Part shown: piece by piece, positions 49,401 through 57,464 of the stretch
How the letters are laid out: every line of letters starts with the position of its first letter
Position numbering within the stretch: the stretch's first letter is position 1
Assembly: GCA_963744655.1 (NCBI GenBank)
Contig: CAVUUJ010000001.1
Span: 335,835-399,834, forward strand
Length of the DNA stretch: 64,000 nucleotides
Direction: 5' to 3'
Origin: an uncultured bacterium
Lineage (GTDB): Bacteria > Verrucomicrobiota > Kiritimatiellia > PWTM01
Program-made: the position numbers and the translations under genes
The notes under the pieces: model-generated
Databases searched by the model: none
Told to the model about the DNA's origin: nothing
The model's input: the letters and a program-made list of their open reading frames with translations, nothing else

Positions 49401-52400
49401 CCGAAATCGGCCTCGCGGTACGCCTCGCCGCCGCTGAGCGGGATGGCGCCGGTCACGTCGCCGCCCGTCGTGGACGCCATCCCCTCGAGGACGCCGCCGG
49501 CGGCGAAGTTGGCCGGGGCCGTCCCGGCGAAGTACACCCCGGCCGACAGGCCGGCGAAGACGTAGCTGCCGTCGGGAAGGACGACGGTGGCGGCGGCCTG
49601 CGCGTCGGCGCCGGCGTCGTACTGGCCGTTTCCGTTCGTGTCCCCGTACAGGTTCACCACGGTGCCGGGCAGGCCCCGCTCGTTGGCGTCGCGCACGCCG
49701 TCGCCGTTCGTGTCGTACCAGGCGGTGTCGCCGATCGACGCCGTCCGCCCGTCGCGCACGTAGCCGAAGTCGATGCCGCCGACGTCGGCGCCCGCGACGG
49801 TGACGGGGCGGGTGCTGAGCCCGGTCGTGATGCGGTACCCGTCGAGGACCCCGTGGCGGTCGGTGACCTTCACCGCGAAGCTGCCGTCCGGCACGCCGCG
49901 GAAGGCGTAGGACCCGTCGGCCGCCGAGGCGGTCTCGGCCACGGTCGCGCCGCCGGCGTCGACGAGGGCGAGGGTGACGCCGGGGATCGGCGGCTCGCCC
50001 GCGCCGCCGTCGGCGCCGTCGGTGTCGAGGTCGTTCCACACCGAGCCGGAGACGTCGTGCAGGGACGCGTTCCGGAAGCCGAAGTCGGCCTCCATGTCGC
50101 TGGAGAGAACGGTGGGAACCGCCGCGTTCTGCTGGAGGCCCGCGGCGCCGGCGCCGGCCTGCTCGTCGGCCACGGTGGCGGCGTAGCCGGCCAGGGCGGC
50201 CTGGCCCGCGTCGAGGCTGACGAAATACGTGCCGGGTGCCATGCCCTCGAAGACGTAAAGGCCGGCGGCGTCGGTGACGTGGGTGGCGACCGCGGTGTCG
50301 GCGGACGCCTCGAACACGCCGTTGCTGTCCGCGTCGCGCCACAGCACGACGGCGACGCCGCCGAGACCCGGCTCGCCCGGGCTCCGCAGCCCGTCGCCGT
50401 CGGCGTCGCTCCACACCGTGTCGCCCACGGCGCCCGCGCGGACGTAACCGAAGCGGGTGCCGGAGACATCGGCTCCGGCGACGGCCGCGGGGGCCCGGCG
50501 GGCGGCGGCCGGGGCCGTGGTGGGGGTAGTGGCGGCCAGTTTCCCGGCGGTGTCGGAAACGGCCAGGCTGTAGTCGCCGTCGGGCAGGCCGTGGAACGAG
50601 AAGGTGCCGTCCGCGGCGCTGGCGGCGGTGGCGATCACCGTCCCGCCCGCGTCGAGCAGGTTGACGGTCAAGCCGCCGATGCCGGGCTCGCCCGGGTCGG
50701 CCGTGCCGTCGCCGTCGGCGTCGTACCAGGCGCGGTCGGTGATGCCGTGCAGCGACGCGTTGCGGTAGCCGAAGTCGGCGTTGAGGTAGACGTCGCCCGG
50801 CGCGGCGGTGAAGGGCGCGGACGGGTCGCTGCCGCCGGTGAGCGCGTACGCGGCCAGGACCGCGTCGGTGTCGGTGACGGCCACGGTGTACTCGCCGGGC
50901 GCGACATCCGCGAAGTGGTACGTGCCGTCCGCGGCCGTGGTGGTCGCGGCGACGGCCGCGCCGCTGGAGACCAGCGCGAGGGTGACGCCCCCGAGGCCCG
51001 GCTCGCCGGGGTCGCGGACGCCGTCGCCGTCGGCGTCGCTCCAGACGAGGTCGCCGATCCAGGCGGCGCCGGTGTCCGGAGGCGTGAAGCCGAAGTCGGC
51101 GTCCGCGAACCGCTCGCCCAGGGCCAGGACCACGGCCAGGGGGTCCTGCGTGCCCGGCGCGGCGGCCAGGCCGGCGGGGAGCGTGCCGCCCAGCACGTCC
51201 ACGGTGAACGCGCCCGCGGGCAGGCCGGCGAAGAGATACGTGCCGCCCGCCCCGGTCACGTTCGTGGCCAGGGGCGCGAGGTGCTCATCGTGGAGGACGA
51301 CCGCGACATTCGGCAGGCCCGGCTCGCCCGGGTCGAGGAGGCCGTCGCCGTCGACGTCGAACCAGACCGTGTCGCCGACACTGGCCGTCTCGCGGTCGGT
51401 GTCGAGGAAGTCGTTTCCGGCGTAGGCGGTGAGCACGGTGACCCGGACGGGAATCCGGTTGTCGTTGGGGCCGGCCGTGTCCGCCACGCTGGTGTAGCCG
51501 GCGGGGTCCGTCTCCACGACGACGTACGGCCCGTCGCCCAGGTGTAGGAACTCGTACGTCCCGTCGGCGCCGGTCGCCTGGAGGCGCAGGAGCGCGCCGT
51601 CGGCGGGGTCGCCGTCGCCGTTGGGGTCGCTGAAGAGGGCGACGCCGACGCCGGCGAGCGGGGTGTCGCCGCCGAAGCCCGGGTTGGCGCGGTCCTCGCA
51701 GACCCGACCGGAAACGGAGGCGGCCAGCGTGACGAGGCCGGCGGTGTCCGCCGCGGGCGGCACGGGGTCGCCGTGGACGTCGAGGGCGTAGTCGACCGCC
51801 GCGCGGTTGGACGCGGGGTCGCCGCCGCCGACGACGCGGAACGTGACGTCGACCGTTGCGGCCGCGCCGGGCTCGAGCTGGCCGGCGCCCGTCAGGTCGA
51901 GCCAGAGCAGGCTGCCCGAGCCCTGGCCGTCGGGCTCCGGCGTGGCGCTCACGAACTCGAAGCCACTCGCACTGAAGGTGTCCTCGAGCGGAAGCTCCGC
52001 CACGGCCGTGCTGCCGGTGTTGGTGACGGCGACGCGGAACAGCACCAGCTCGCCGAAGGAGGCCGGGCCGGGGGTGAGGACGGTCTTGGCGACCACCAGG
52101 GCCGGCTGCGTGACGGCGACGGCCGCGGTGTTTGTCGAGACGGCGGCTCCGGCCGTCGCGACGGCGCGGTTCGTCGCGGCCGGCGAGGGGCCGGCGGCGG
52201 TGAAGTCGACGACGACGTTCGTCGCGGCGCCGGGGGCGAGGGGGCCGACGTTGTTCCAGGCGAGGGTGCCGGCCCCGGCGGCGTCGGGCGGCGGCACGGC
52301 GGTGTCGAAGGCGAGCGCGGCGGCGGGGTAGGTGTCGGTCACCTGCACGGTGCCCTGCGTCGTGCTGCCGGTATTCACCACCCGGAGCAGGAAGCGGACG

Positions 52401-55400
52401 GCGTCGCCGGCGACCGCCTGCCCGTCGGCGGGAGCGAGCAGCGACTTGCTGACGGAGATGCCGGGCACGCCGGGTGCGGCGGGCACCGTCGCGGTGTCGC
52501 CGGACGTGTCCGTCGGGTCGTCGGGGTCGGTGTAGGACACGGCGAGGGCCGTGGACGCGGGGGCGTGGAGCACCCCGTCGCCGGGCGACCCGGCGACGGT
52601 CGAGCTGGCGGGGAGGCTGTTGGTGAAGACGCCCGTGTCGACCCCCGTCTCGGCGAGGGTGAGGGTCTCGGTGTCGCCCGTGCCCGTCGTGAGGGTGACC
52701 TGCACCGTGTCGATCGCGAGGGGATCGGTGTCCTGGTCCAGGTCGGTCGTGCGCACGCAGACGGTCTCGTTCGTGGCATAGACGGCCGTGTGCGGCCCGT
52801 TCGGCCCGGTGGTGAACTCGGTCGTGCTCGGGGTGCCCAGGTCGAGCGGGCTCAGCGCGACCGGCGTGGAGCGCGAATCGGTCACGTCGCCCTCGTAGCC
52901 CTCGTGGGCGGTGACGCTGACGGTGTAGTTGCCCTCGACCGCGCCCGTGTGCCAGGCGTACTCGTACGTCTTCGAGCACGCGTCGGCCGCCACGACGCCC
53001 GCGTCGTCCAGCGCGAGCGAGAGGTCGCCGCCGATGCCCGGTCCGTCGGCGGAGAGGTCCAGCCCGGTGATGTCGGAGGCGCCGAAGGGGTCGCTCACCG
53101 TGGCGCGGACGAAGACGGTCTGCCCGTTGGCCGCCGCGGTCAACGGGGCGCCGCCGGGAAAGGCCGCGTCGTAGAGGGCGAGGTCGACGACGCGGATGAC
53201 CGTCGTGGTGGGCAGGACGACCCGGGAGGGATGGGCGAGGCTGTCGTACAGCACCCGGAACGCGCCCCCGCCTTCGTCGCTGGCCACTTCGAGCTGCACG
53301 GCCGATCCCGCGGGGAAATGGGTCGAGACGGGCACGACCCCGCTCCACGCGAGGGTGCCCGCGCCGCTGTCGTAGACGGCGTTGGTGAGGGTCAGGGCGT
53401 AGCCGCCCTCCACGCCGACGCGCGCGGTCACGCTCGGGTGGGCGGGCAGGGCGCCGCTCGTGACCTCGACGTGGGCCACCACCTCGACGAGGCCGCCGGC
53501 GGGGAGGGCGAGCGGCTCGCAGAGCGCGGGCGCCAGGGTGAAGACCGTGCTCGCGCCGCCCGTCGCGGGCGCCGGCCGGACCGGGACGCCGAGGAGCGCC
53601 CACGCGTCGTAGTTGCACGTCCAGGAGATCGTCGCGCCGGACCCGCCAGGCGTCGTGCTGCCGCCCGAGCGGATGCCGTCGCTGTTCGCCACCTCCGAGT
53701 AGCCGTTCCAGAGCACGGTGCTGCCGGCGCCCGGCGTGGCGCTGCGCGAGTCGTCGAGCGCGAAGACGCCGAAGACCAGGTCGCCGTCGTCGGAAGACAC
53801 CGCGAGACTCGCGCTCGTGCCGGAGCCCTTGGTGGTCGCGGGCGTGCCGAGCGGCGAGGAGAGGTCGACGCCGGTGAACGTCGTGACCGCCGCGAACACC
53901 GAGTCGTCGTCGTTGGCGCGGCCGTCCGAGAGGGAAACGACCACGGTGCCGGCGCCGCTCGCCGGGGAGGTGAGCCGCCAGATCTCGCCCTCGGCCTCCT
54001 GGTTCGAAGCGCGCCGGCGGACCCGGGTCAGGCCCTGGGTGGACGTGCCCACGACGTAGTCGACCGCGCTGACGTCGAGACTGGCGGTGCCGTCGTCCTC
54101 GATCCCGATGCCGACGAGCATCAGCCGGTTGGCGCCGGCGGCGGTGACGTGGTCCACGGAGAGGGAGGTGAGCGCCGAGGAACCCTCGGCCACGCTGCCG
54201 GTGGAGACGTTGGACACGGCAAGGGCCGAGGCGGTGCGGAGGACGGCCCCGGTGGACGTGGTCGTGTCGCCCGTGGCCACGGGGTCCACGCGGTCGAGGA
54301 TGTTGCCCGGGCCCGCGTCGCCCAGGTACAGGGGCTTGAACTCGCTGGGGGCGGCCACCACCGCGGTGTCGCTGCAGGTGTCGCCGTACAGCGGATCGGT
54401 GTAGCGGGCGACGAGCCCGTCGCCCGCCAGGGCGTGCAGCGTGCCGTCGCCGGGCGCCAGCCCGAGCGTGGTGGAGGAGGCCAGGGGCGAGCCGCTGGCG
54501 AACACGTGCGTGTCGGGCCCCGTCTCGGCCAGGAGGACGGTTTCCACGTCGCCGGTCACCAGGTCCGTCACGATGACCTCCACGGTTTCGATGGCGAGGG
54601 CATCCGTGCCGGCGTCGATGTCCGAGAGGCGGAGGTAGACGGGAGCGTTGGCGCTGTAGACCCCGACCGGGACGCCGGCCGCGTCGGTGAAGTCCACCAC
54701 GCACGGGTGCGACCCGGCCGGGGGCGGGACGACGATATCGTGGGTGTCGCCCACGCCGGGCAGGGAGGACTGGGCGGTATTGGTGATGTCGCCGCCCGCG
54801 AGGATGACGGTGCGGTAGCGCACCGTGGTCGACTGGCCGCGCAGCAGCAGCGGGATCAGGATGCCTTCCTCGTCGAGGGGGAACGCCGAGGCGGGCGCGG
54901 CGTCGTCGCCGATCGGTACGCCGTCCCGCACCGTGCTGTCGGCGACGTAGGCCAGTTGCGGGGGCAGGCCGTCGAGCACCAGCAGGTTGCCGAGGGCGAC
55001 CAGGCTGCTGTTGTCGAGGGTGATCCGGTACTCGAGCGTATCGCCGATGCTGAGGCCCGGCAGGCCCGAGTCGACGGCGATCGAGCAGTCCTTGACGAAC
55101 ACGGGGACGGGGAACGCGGGCACGGTGGTCCCCATGTCGAGATACGGGTTGCCCGGGCCGGCGACCGCGGGATCCTGGCCCCAGGCGGCGGTGATCAGCG
55201 TGCCGTCGAGCGTGTAGACCCGGAGGCCGGTCTGGTCCCTGTCGCCGTCGTAGAGGCGCCGGATTTCGAGGGCGGCGACGTCGAAATGCTCGTCGTACTC
55301 CTCGCCGGCGGGGTCGGTGAGGGGGCCGCTCCGGTCGCCGTCGTAGTCGACGTAGATGCGGGTGGCGTCCGTCGCCGTGACCCACACGGGGCTTCCGTTG

Positions 55401-56623
55401 CGCGACAGGTCGCTGCTTCCGGGACCCCAGCCCACCACGGCCAGGGTGGTCAGGTTCTGAACGGGCACGAGGCTGTAGCCCCAGTCGTGCACGTTGTTCG
55501 CCGAGGGTTCCGCGCCCACGGCGCCGACGGCGAAGAACGGCTCGCCGCCGTCGGAGCGGAAACGGGCCGCGGAACTCTGCGGCATGAGGAAACGGTAGGT
55601 GTCGCGGGGCGGCACGTCGAAGGAACCGGAGCCGGTGCGCGTGGTGTAGTGGATGGTCACGGGCTGCGCGGCGGCGTTGTGGAGGAGGATGTAGGTGTCG
55701 TCGCCGTCCGCCGCCGTGCCCACGGGCGCGTAGTAGTCCCCGCTCCACTGGTCGGCGGGCGCGAGCGTGAACCAGCGCGACTCGTAGTTCGCGCCGATGT
55801 CGCCCGTGAGGAGGTGGACCTGCACCGGCTTGGACGCCTGCACGGTCGCGCCCTTGAGGATGCCGCCGTTCACCATGTGGGACTCGCCAGGGCCGAGCGT
55901 GACCGCGACGTCCGCCGAGCCGTCGGCGTCGGTGTCGATCTGCACCGCCGTTTCGTCCTCGGCGGCCATGACCAGGAGCCAGACGCGCTCGAACATCGAG
56001 GCGTAGGCGGGGGAGGGGAAGACCACGTCCTGCCCCACGGGCGCGACGTAGGACACGCCCCAGTCGAGCGTCGCGGTGACCTCCACCGCGTCGGCCAGCA
56101 CGCTGCCCGGCTGGACGGCCCACGCGGCGCGGGACATGACGATGCCCTTGGTGGCGCCGACGCGGTCGCGGGCGTCGTACAGGACGGTGGAGGGGTTGCG
56201 CGGAAGCGTGACGAGGTTGCGCAGCGCGATCACGTCGCCCGCGTTGAGAGCCGCGGGATCGCTGGCGAACCCGGGCGGCTTGCCGTTCGCGTCGATGCCG
56301 TCGCCCCACACCTGCGTCGAGGCCTGGGCCGGATGGTCGAGGTCGATTTCGTAGCCGTCTTCCCAGTGGTCGTACACGACGCGCGTGCCGTTGACGCCCA
56401 TGACCATCGAGACGACCGAGTCGATCGTGGTGCCGGTGTTGCCGGCCAGGACCAGGAAGGCCTGGCGGACCTGCTGTTCCGGCACCGGGACGTAGTACGA
56501 CTGCACGACGCTCTGTGCCGGGGCGGAGGGAACCGCCGCGGCCAAGAGACAAGCCGCGGCGGCCGCGACGGTCCATCGTGCGCCCGGACGCGAAACAAGG
56601 GGGTGCATGGCTCTCGTCTTCAT
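45254..56623 (-). CDS. 3,789-aa secreted multi-repeat surface protein with a C-terminal gingipain-like (C25) cysteine peptidase domain
   Basis: ATG 56623 is preceded by GAGGAA and the Sec signal is MKTRAMHPLVSRPGARWTVAAAAACLLAAAVPSAPA|QS. It contains DUF11-type modules, 11 SdrD-B-like modules, and a C-terminal NYTGHSG / AITCIIG / LLGDP region. The frame is unbroken for 11.4 kb. The 190 codons upstream in the track ORF overlap the fur gene out of frame and are not coding. Confidence 0.85.
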   Translation of the reverse strand: MKTRAMHPLVSRPGARWTVAAAAACLLAAAVPSAPAQSVVQSYYVPVPEQQVRQAFLVLAGNTGTTIDSVVSMVMGVNGTRVVYDHWEDGYEIDLDHPAQASTQVWGDGIDANGKPPGFASDPAALNAGDVIALRNLVTLPRNPSTVLYDARDRVGATKGIVMSRAAWAVQPGSVLADAVEVTATLDWGVSYVAPVGQDVVFPSPAYASMFERVWLLVMAAEDETAVQIDTDADGSADVAVTLGPGESHMVNGGILKGATVQASKPVQVHLLTGDIGANYESRWFTLAPADQWSGDYYAPVGTAADGDDTYILLHNAAAQPVTIHYTTRTGSGSFDVPPRDTYRFLMPQSSAARFRSDGGEPFFAVGAVGAEPSANNVHDWGYSLVPVQNLTTLAVVGWGPGSSDLSRNGSPVWVTATDATRIYVDYDGDRSGPLTDPAGEEYDEHFDVAALEIRRLYDGDRDQTGLRVYTLDGTLITAAWGQDPAVAGPGNPYLDMGTTVPAFPVPVFVKDCSIAVDSGLPGLSIGDTLEYRITLDNSSLVALGNLLVLDGLPPQLAYVADSTVRDGVPIGDDAAPASAFPLDEEGILIPLLLRGQSTTVRYRTVILAGGDITNTAQSSLPGVGDTHDIVVPPPAGSHPCVVDFTDAAGVPVGVYSANAPVYLRLSDIDAGTDALAIETVEVIVTDLVTGDVETVLLAETGPDTHVFASGSPLASSTTLGLAPGDGTLHALAGDGLVARYTDPLYGDTCSDTAVVAAPSEFKPLYLGDAGPGNILDRVDPVATGDTTTSTGAVLRTASALAVSNVSTGSVAEGSSALTSLSVDHVTAAGANRLMLVGIGIEDDGTASLDVSAVDYVVGTSTQGLTRVRRRASNQEAEGEIWRLTSPASGAGTVVVSLSDGRANDDDSVFAAVTTFTGVDLSSPLGTPATTKGSGTSASLAVSSDDGDLVFGVFALDDSRSATPGAGSTVLWNGYSEVANSDGIRSGGSTTPGGSGATISWTCNYDAWALLGVPVRPAPATGGASTVFTLAPALCEPLALPAGGLVEVVAHVEVTSGALPAHPSVTARVGVEGGYALTLTNAVYDSGAGTLAWSGVVPVSTHFPAGSAVQLEVASDEGGGAFRVLYDSLAHPSRVVLPTTTVIRVVDLALYDAAFPGGAPLTAAANGQTVFVRATVSDPFGASDITGLDLSADGPGIGGDLSLALDDAGVVAADACSKTYEYAWHTGAVEGNYTVSVTAHEGYEGDVTDSRSTPVALSPLDLGTPSTTEFTTGPNGPHTAVYATNETVCVRTTDLDQDTDPLAIDTVQVTLTTGTGDTETLTLAETGVDTGVFTNSLPASSTVAGSPGDGVLHAPASTALAVSYTDPDDPTDTSGDTATVPAAPGVPGISVSKSLLAPADGQAVAGDAVRFLLRVVNTGSTTQGTVQVTDTYPAAALAFDTAVPPPDAAGAGTLAWNNVGPLAPGAATNVVVDFTAAGPSPAATNRAVATAGAAVSTNTAAVAVTQPALVVAKTVLTPGPASFGELVLFRVAVTNTGSTAVAELPLEDTFSASGFEFVSATPEPDGQGSGSLLWLDLTGAGQLEPGAAATVDVTFRVVGGGDPASNRAAVDYALDVHGDPVPPAADTAGLVTLAASVSGRVCEDRANPGFGGDTPLAGVGVALFSDPNGDGDPADGALLRLQATGADGTYEFLHLGDGPYVVVETDPAGYTSVADTAGPNDNRIPVRVTVLTAYAGNDFLDTDRETASVGDTVWFDVDGDGLLDPGEPGLPNVAVVLHDEHLAPLATNVTGAGGTYLFAGLPAGAFTVDVLGGTLPAGLAAAPGTQDPLAVVLALGERFADADFGFTPPDTGAAWIGDLVWSDADGDGVRDPGEPGLGGVTLALVSSGAAVAATTTAADGTYHFADVAPGEYTVAVTDTDAVLAAYALTGGSDPSAPFTAAPGDVYLNADFGYRNASLHGITDRAWYDADGDGTADPGEPGIGGLTVNLLDAGGTVIATAASAADGTFSFHGLPDGDYSLAVSDTAGKLAATTPTTAPAAARRAPAAVAGADVSGTRFGYVRAGAVGDTVWSDADGDGLRSPGEPGLGGVAVVLWRDADSNGVFEASADTAVATHVTDAAGLYVFEGMAPGTYFVSLDAGQAALAGYAATVADEQAGAGAAGLQQNAAVPTVLSSDMEADFGFRNASLHDVSGSVWNDLDTDGADGGAGEPPIPGVTLALVDAGGATVAETASAADGSYAFRGVPDGSFAVKVTDRHGVLDGYRITTGLSTRPVTVAGADVGGIDFGYVRDGRTASIGDTAWYDTNGDGVRDANERGLPGTVVNLYGDTNGNGQYDAGADAQAAATVVLPDGSYVFAGLSAGVYFAGTAPANFAAGGVLEGMASTTGGDVTGAIPLSGGEAYREADFGYRGTGYAVGDFVWADADEDGIQDPDEAGRGGVVLDLVSNGTAVATTTTGAAGLYRFTGLGTGTYHVVVAASNFGAGGPLEGCTATVGPQSAGGLTSGGITFLDDADPANDSRANLDFGFHAPGMGRIGDLVWADTDGDGAVDAGEDGIPGVSLALLNAQGDAAAVVTTGPLGAYRFRGLAAGGYRVTVTDTGAVLGGLHLTAGTNPSAVVSLAAGEHRADLDFGYRGEAGLLGDLVFHDRDADGFRAPGEPGLQGVTLELWQDVDENGLLEPGTDNLVTSETTDARGGYFFGGLPAARYLVHVTDVGHVLDGFTKTLGIANADGFSKLDPYGLVLTGAAPDSLLADFGYAAAATPLSILGTVWEDLDGQGDRDALDPALPGVAVTLYRDLAGNGVWDAGDPSFGTATTDAGGDFAFVSLPPGHYLVAVSDTTGVLAMKRPTYGIPDTVDQGQVNPYPVTLVDADLDGADFCYTSERPTLVLVTRFEVTPADEGLAVEWETASEVGTVGFYVLRRGPGDADYEPVHPDILPAMLTSVQGGTYRLVDASARRDVPYRYVLREVEASGLTRHYGPYGEGAPRGPGAVPATARPAGRARSAARTPAAPDPAPRFEQRARPATLDRTASATAAARAEAELRAEAANPAVPTYRVRLRVTAGGLHRVDAADLAAALGLATPDVQGMLARQGFRLSHQGFEIPWIADTGGTGLFFHGEAIESLFTTENVYWLESGRGIKAATVGAGRAVPDDGTAWFVDRTHYEQDVFPANSLFYDADDDMWLWGYQYVTASAPGAPLRFAFTTRGRSAAGSDAEVTVYLQGAADTTANPDQHAVVRVNGTPVGEVSWNGAQPAVLTAAFSPALLADGTNTLEVAGVLDAGVPFTYFYVDSFDIAYPRRYVAEAGRLAFDAAGHASVTVRGFPTPDICLLDVTDPCEPRQVLQRRAAREGGTFSLSFAPSAGDRRYLAQTLATALAPASIEGVPLSALPAATNGFDYVVIAPASLTEAAEELAAYRRTQGLSALVVELQELYDHFNHGVADPEAIRHFITWAVRAWNVPARYVVLAGTGTYDYRNLRGSNENLVPPGMLATPLGLFASDLPLCDIDGDAVPEVALGRLPVMTPAELRAVLAKIQSYEAGGAWKQKVFMLADDPDDGGDFPATSDGLASLVTPGYATEKAYLPQLGLPATRGSALGAFGSGAGLFNYTGHSGMDRMASEAIVTTADVPGIQNGDRPPFVVAITCIIGRFGIPGYASLSEALAASPGGGAVAVWSPVSLSFNSQNALLDQELFREIFERGTARIGDAVTVALDYYARVGEMGFMSNVYNLLGDPATAFGNPVGLQPNPVLVPSPDLSFEEWLQLHFTPRQLDHPATKQWAEQFRGTVVSP
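47985..51709 (-). repeat. Eleven tandem SdrD-B/Cna-B-like coding modules (protein-level repeats, diverged at DNA level)
   Basis: Each module opens with a (V/I)GDxVWxDxDGDG-type motif. Starts, read by hand, lie near 51709, 51378, 51058, 50745, 50428, 50056, 49737, 49380, 49024, 48710 and 48330, a period of 313-380 nt. Confidence 0.7.
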
Positions 56624-57087
56624 CTCGTTTCCTCGTGGATCGCGCCGTCCCCGGCGCGCGTCGCTGACCTGGGGCGGCATGCCCGGCAAAGGCCGATGTG
56701 GAGCTCTTCCCTGCGGACGCCCTCTTCGGGGCGGTCCGCGGGGATCGGGACGGCGGTCTGCGCGGTCGCTGCCCCCTCGGGCCGGTTCTCCACGCGCTCG
56801 CACGCGCTGCAGATGAAGTGCGCGTGGGGCGCGGTGACCGCGTCGTAGCGGCTGCGGCCGCTCAGGGTGGGAACCCGGCGGATGGCGCCCGCCCGCTCCA
56901 GCGCCGCCAGGGTGCGGTAGACGGTGTCGAGCGAGATGCCCGGGATCCGGCCGCTCACCGTCCCGAACAGCGACTCGGCGTCGGGATGCCCCTTCGCGGC
57001 GGCCAGCGCCGCGAGCACGGCAATGCGCTGCGGCGTGGCGCGAAGATGCACCTGGTCCCTCAGAACGGCGGTGGCGTAGGACTGCAT
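56620..57087 (-). CDS. Fur-family metalloregulator (Zur-like by context)
   Basis: 155 aa with a winged-helix N-terminus (LRATPQRIAVLAAL...DTVYRTLAALERAG) and HAHFICSACERV plus GLCRAC (two CxxC pairs). Its TGA overlaps the ATG of the mega-protein gene (ATGA at 56620-56623). Confidence 0.85.
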   Translation of the reverse strand: MQSYATAVLRDQVHLRATPQRIAVLAALAAAKGHPDAESLFGTVSGRIPGISLDTVYRTLAALERAGAIRRVPTLSGRSRYDAVTAPHAHFICSACERVENRPEGAATAQTAVPIPADRPEEGVRREELHIGLCRACRPRSATRAGDGAIHEETR

Positions 57088-57134
57088 AGATGGCGCCTTT
57101 CGAGCGGGCGTGTCGTACTTGCGGCGAATTCTTA

Positions 57135-57149
57135 GCTAGGACTGTGCCA
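57135..57149 (-). promoter_or_regulatory. Sigma-54-like -24/-12 element upstream of the fur-family gene
   Basis: The minus strand reads TTGGCAC-AGTCC-TAGCT against the consensus TGGCAC-N5-TTGC(A/T). GG and GC are correctly spaced. The element lies about 48 nt upstream of the ATG. Confidence 0.3.
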
Positions 57150-57400
57150 AGGTCTTCACCGCCCCGCCCGACGGCGCGCGAAGCAGTCGGCAAGACAGGC
57201 GCCGCACAGGAGCGGCCTGCGGGTAAGGGGAGGGGTGCAAGGCATAAGCCGTTCTACAGAAACCATCTACGATGGCGAAGGCAGAAACAGCCGCCAGGGC
57301 GTGCGCAAGGTGGTTAATTCGCACAAATGAGAGCCGTGTTCGCGCTGGTCAGTCCGTGTACACCCGGTGGACAAATCCGGCACCGGGACCGGAGAAGACT

Positions 57401-57429
57401 TTGCATGCGGTATTACTTCGTACTATCTT
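57401..57429 (+). promoter_or_regulatory. Sigma-70-type promoter candidate for the RHH-znuACB operon
   Basis: TTGCAT-17 nt-TATCTT (an overlapping TACTAT is also present), about 35 nt upstream of ATG 57465. Confidence 0.35.
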
Positions 57430-57464
57430 GTGGCCTGACGGTGGAGGCGCGAAGGGAGGGCAGC

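Noticed and set aside
47985-51709. The regular ~320-380-nt periodicity, considered as a possible DNA tandem repeat or CRISPR-like array.
   Set aside because: The units are diverged at the nucleotide level, lie in one continuous reading frame, and correspond to SdrD-B-like protein domains. There are no short identical direct repeats with unique spacers.
45308-56848. Very long plus-strand ORFs (2079 aa at 45308-51547 and 1691 aa at 51773-56848) and alternative minus-frame ORFs (1261 aa and 1763 aa) overlapping the mega-protein gene.
   Set aside because: Their translations are monotonous Arg/Gly/Ala/Pro/His strings with no motifs. They are the stop-poor off-frames expected in very GC-rich coding DNA. 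The chosen frame alone shows domain motifs, a signal peptide and a ribosome-binding site.
56624-57193. A 190-codon N-terminal extension of the mega-protein ORF.
   Set aside because: It overlaps the Fur-family gene in another frame, is Arg/Gly/Pro-rich, and lacks a signal peptide. ATG 56623 has GAGGAA upstream and gives a canonical signal peptide.
57090-57324. Small ORFs (75 aa on the plus strand, 62 aa on the minus strand) in the fur/znu divergent spacer.
   Set aside because: They have no ribosome-binding sites and no motifs, and they overlap each other. The region is better explained as promoter/operator DNA. I also looked for a Fur/Zur-box-like palindrome here and found nothing convincing.
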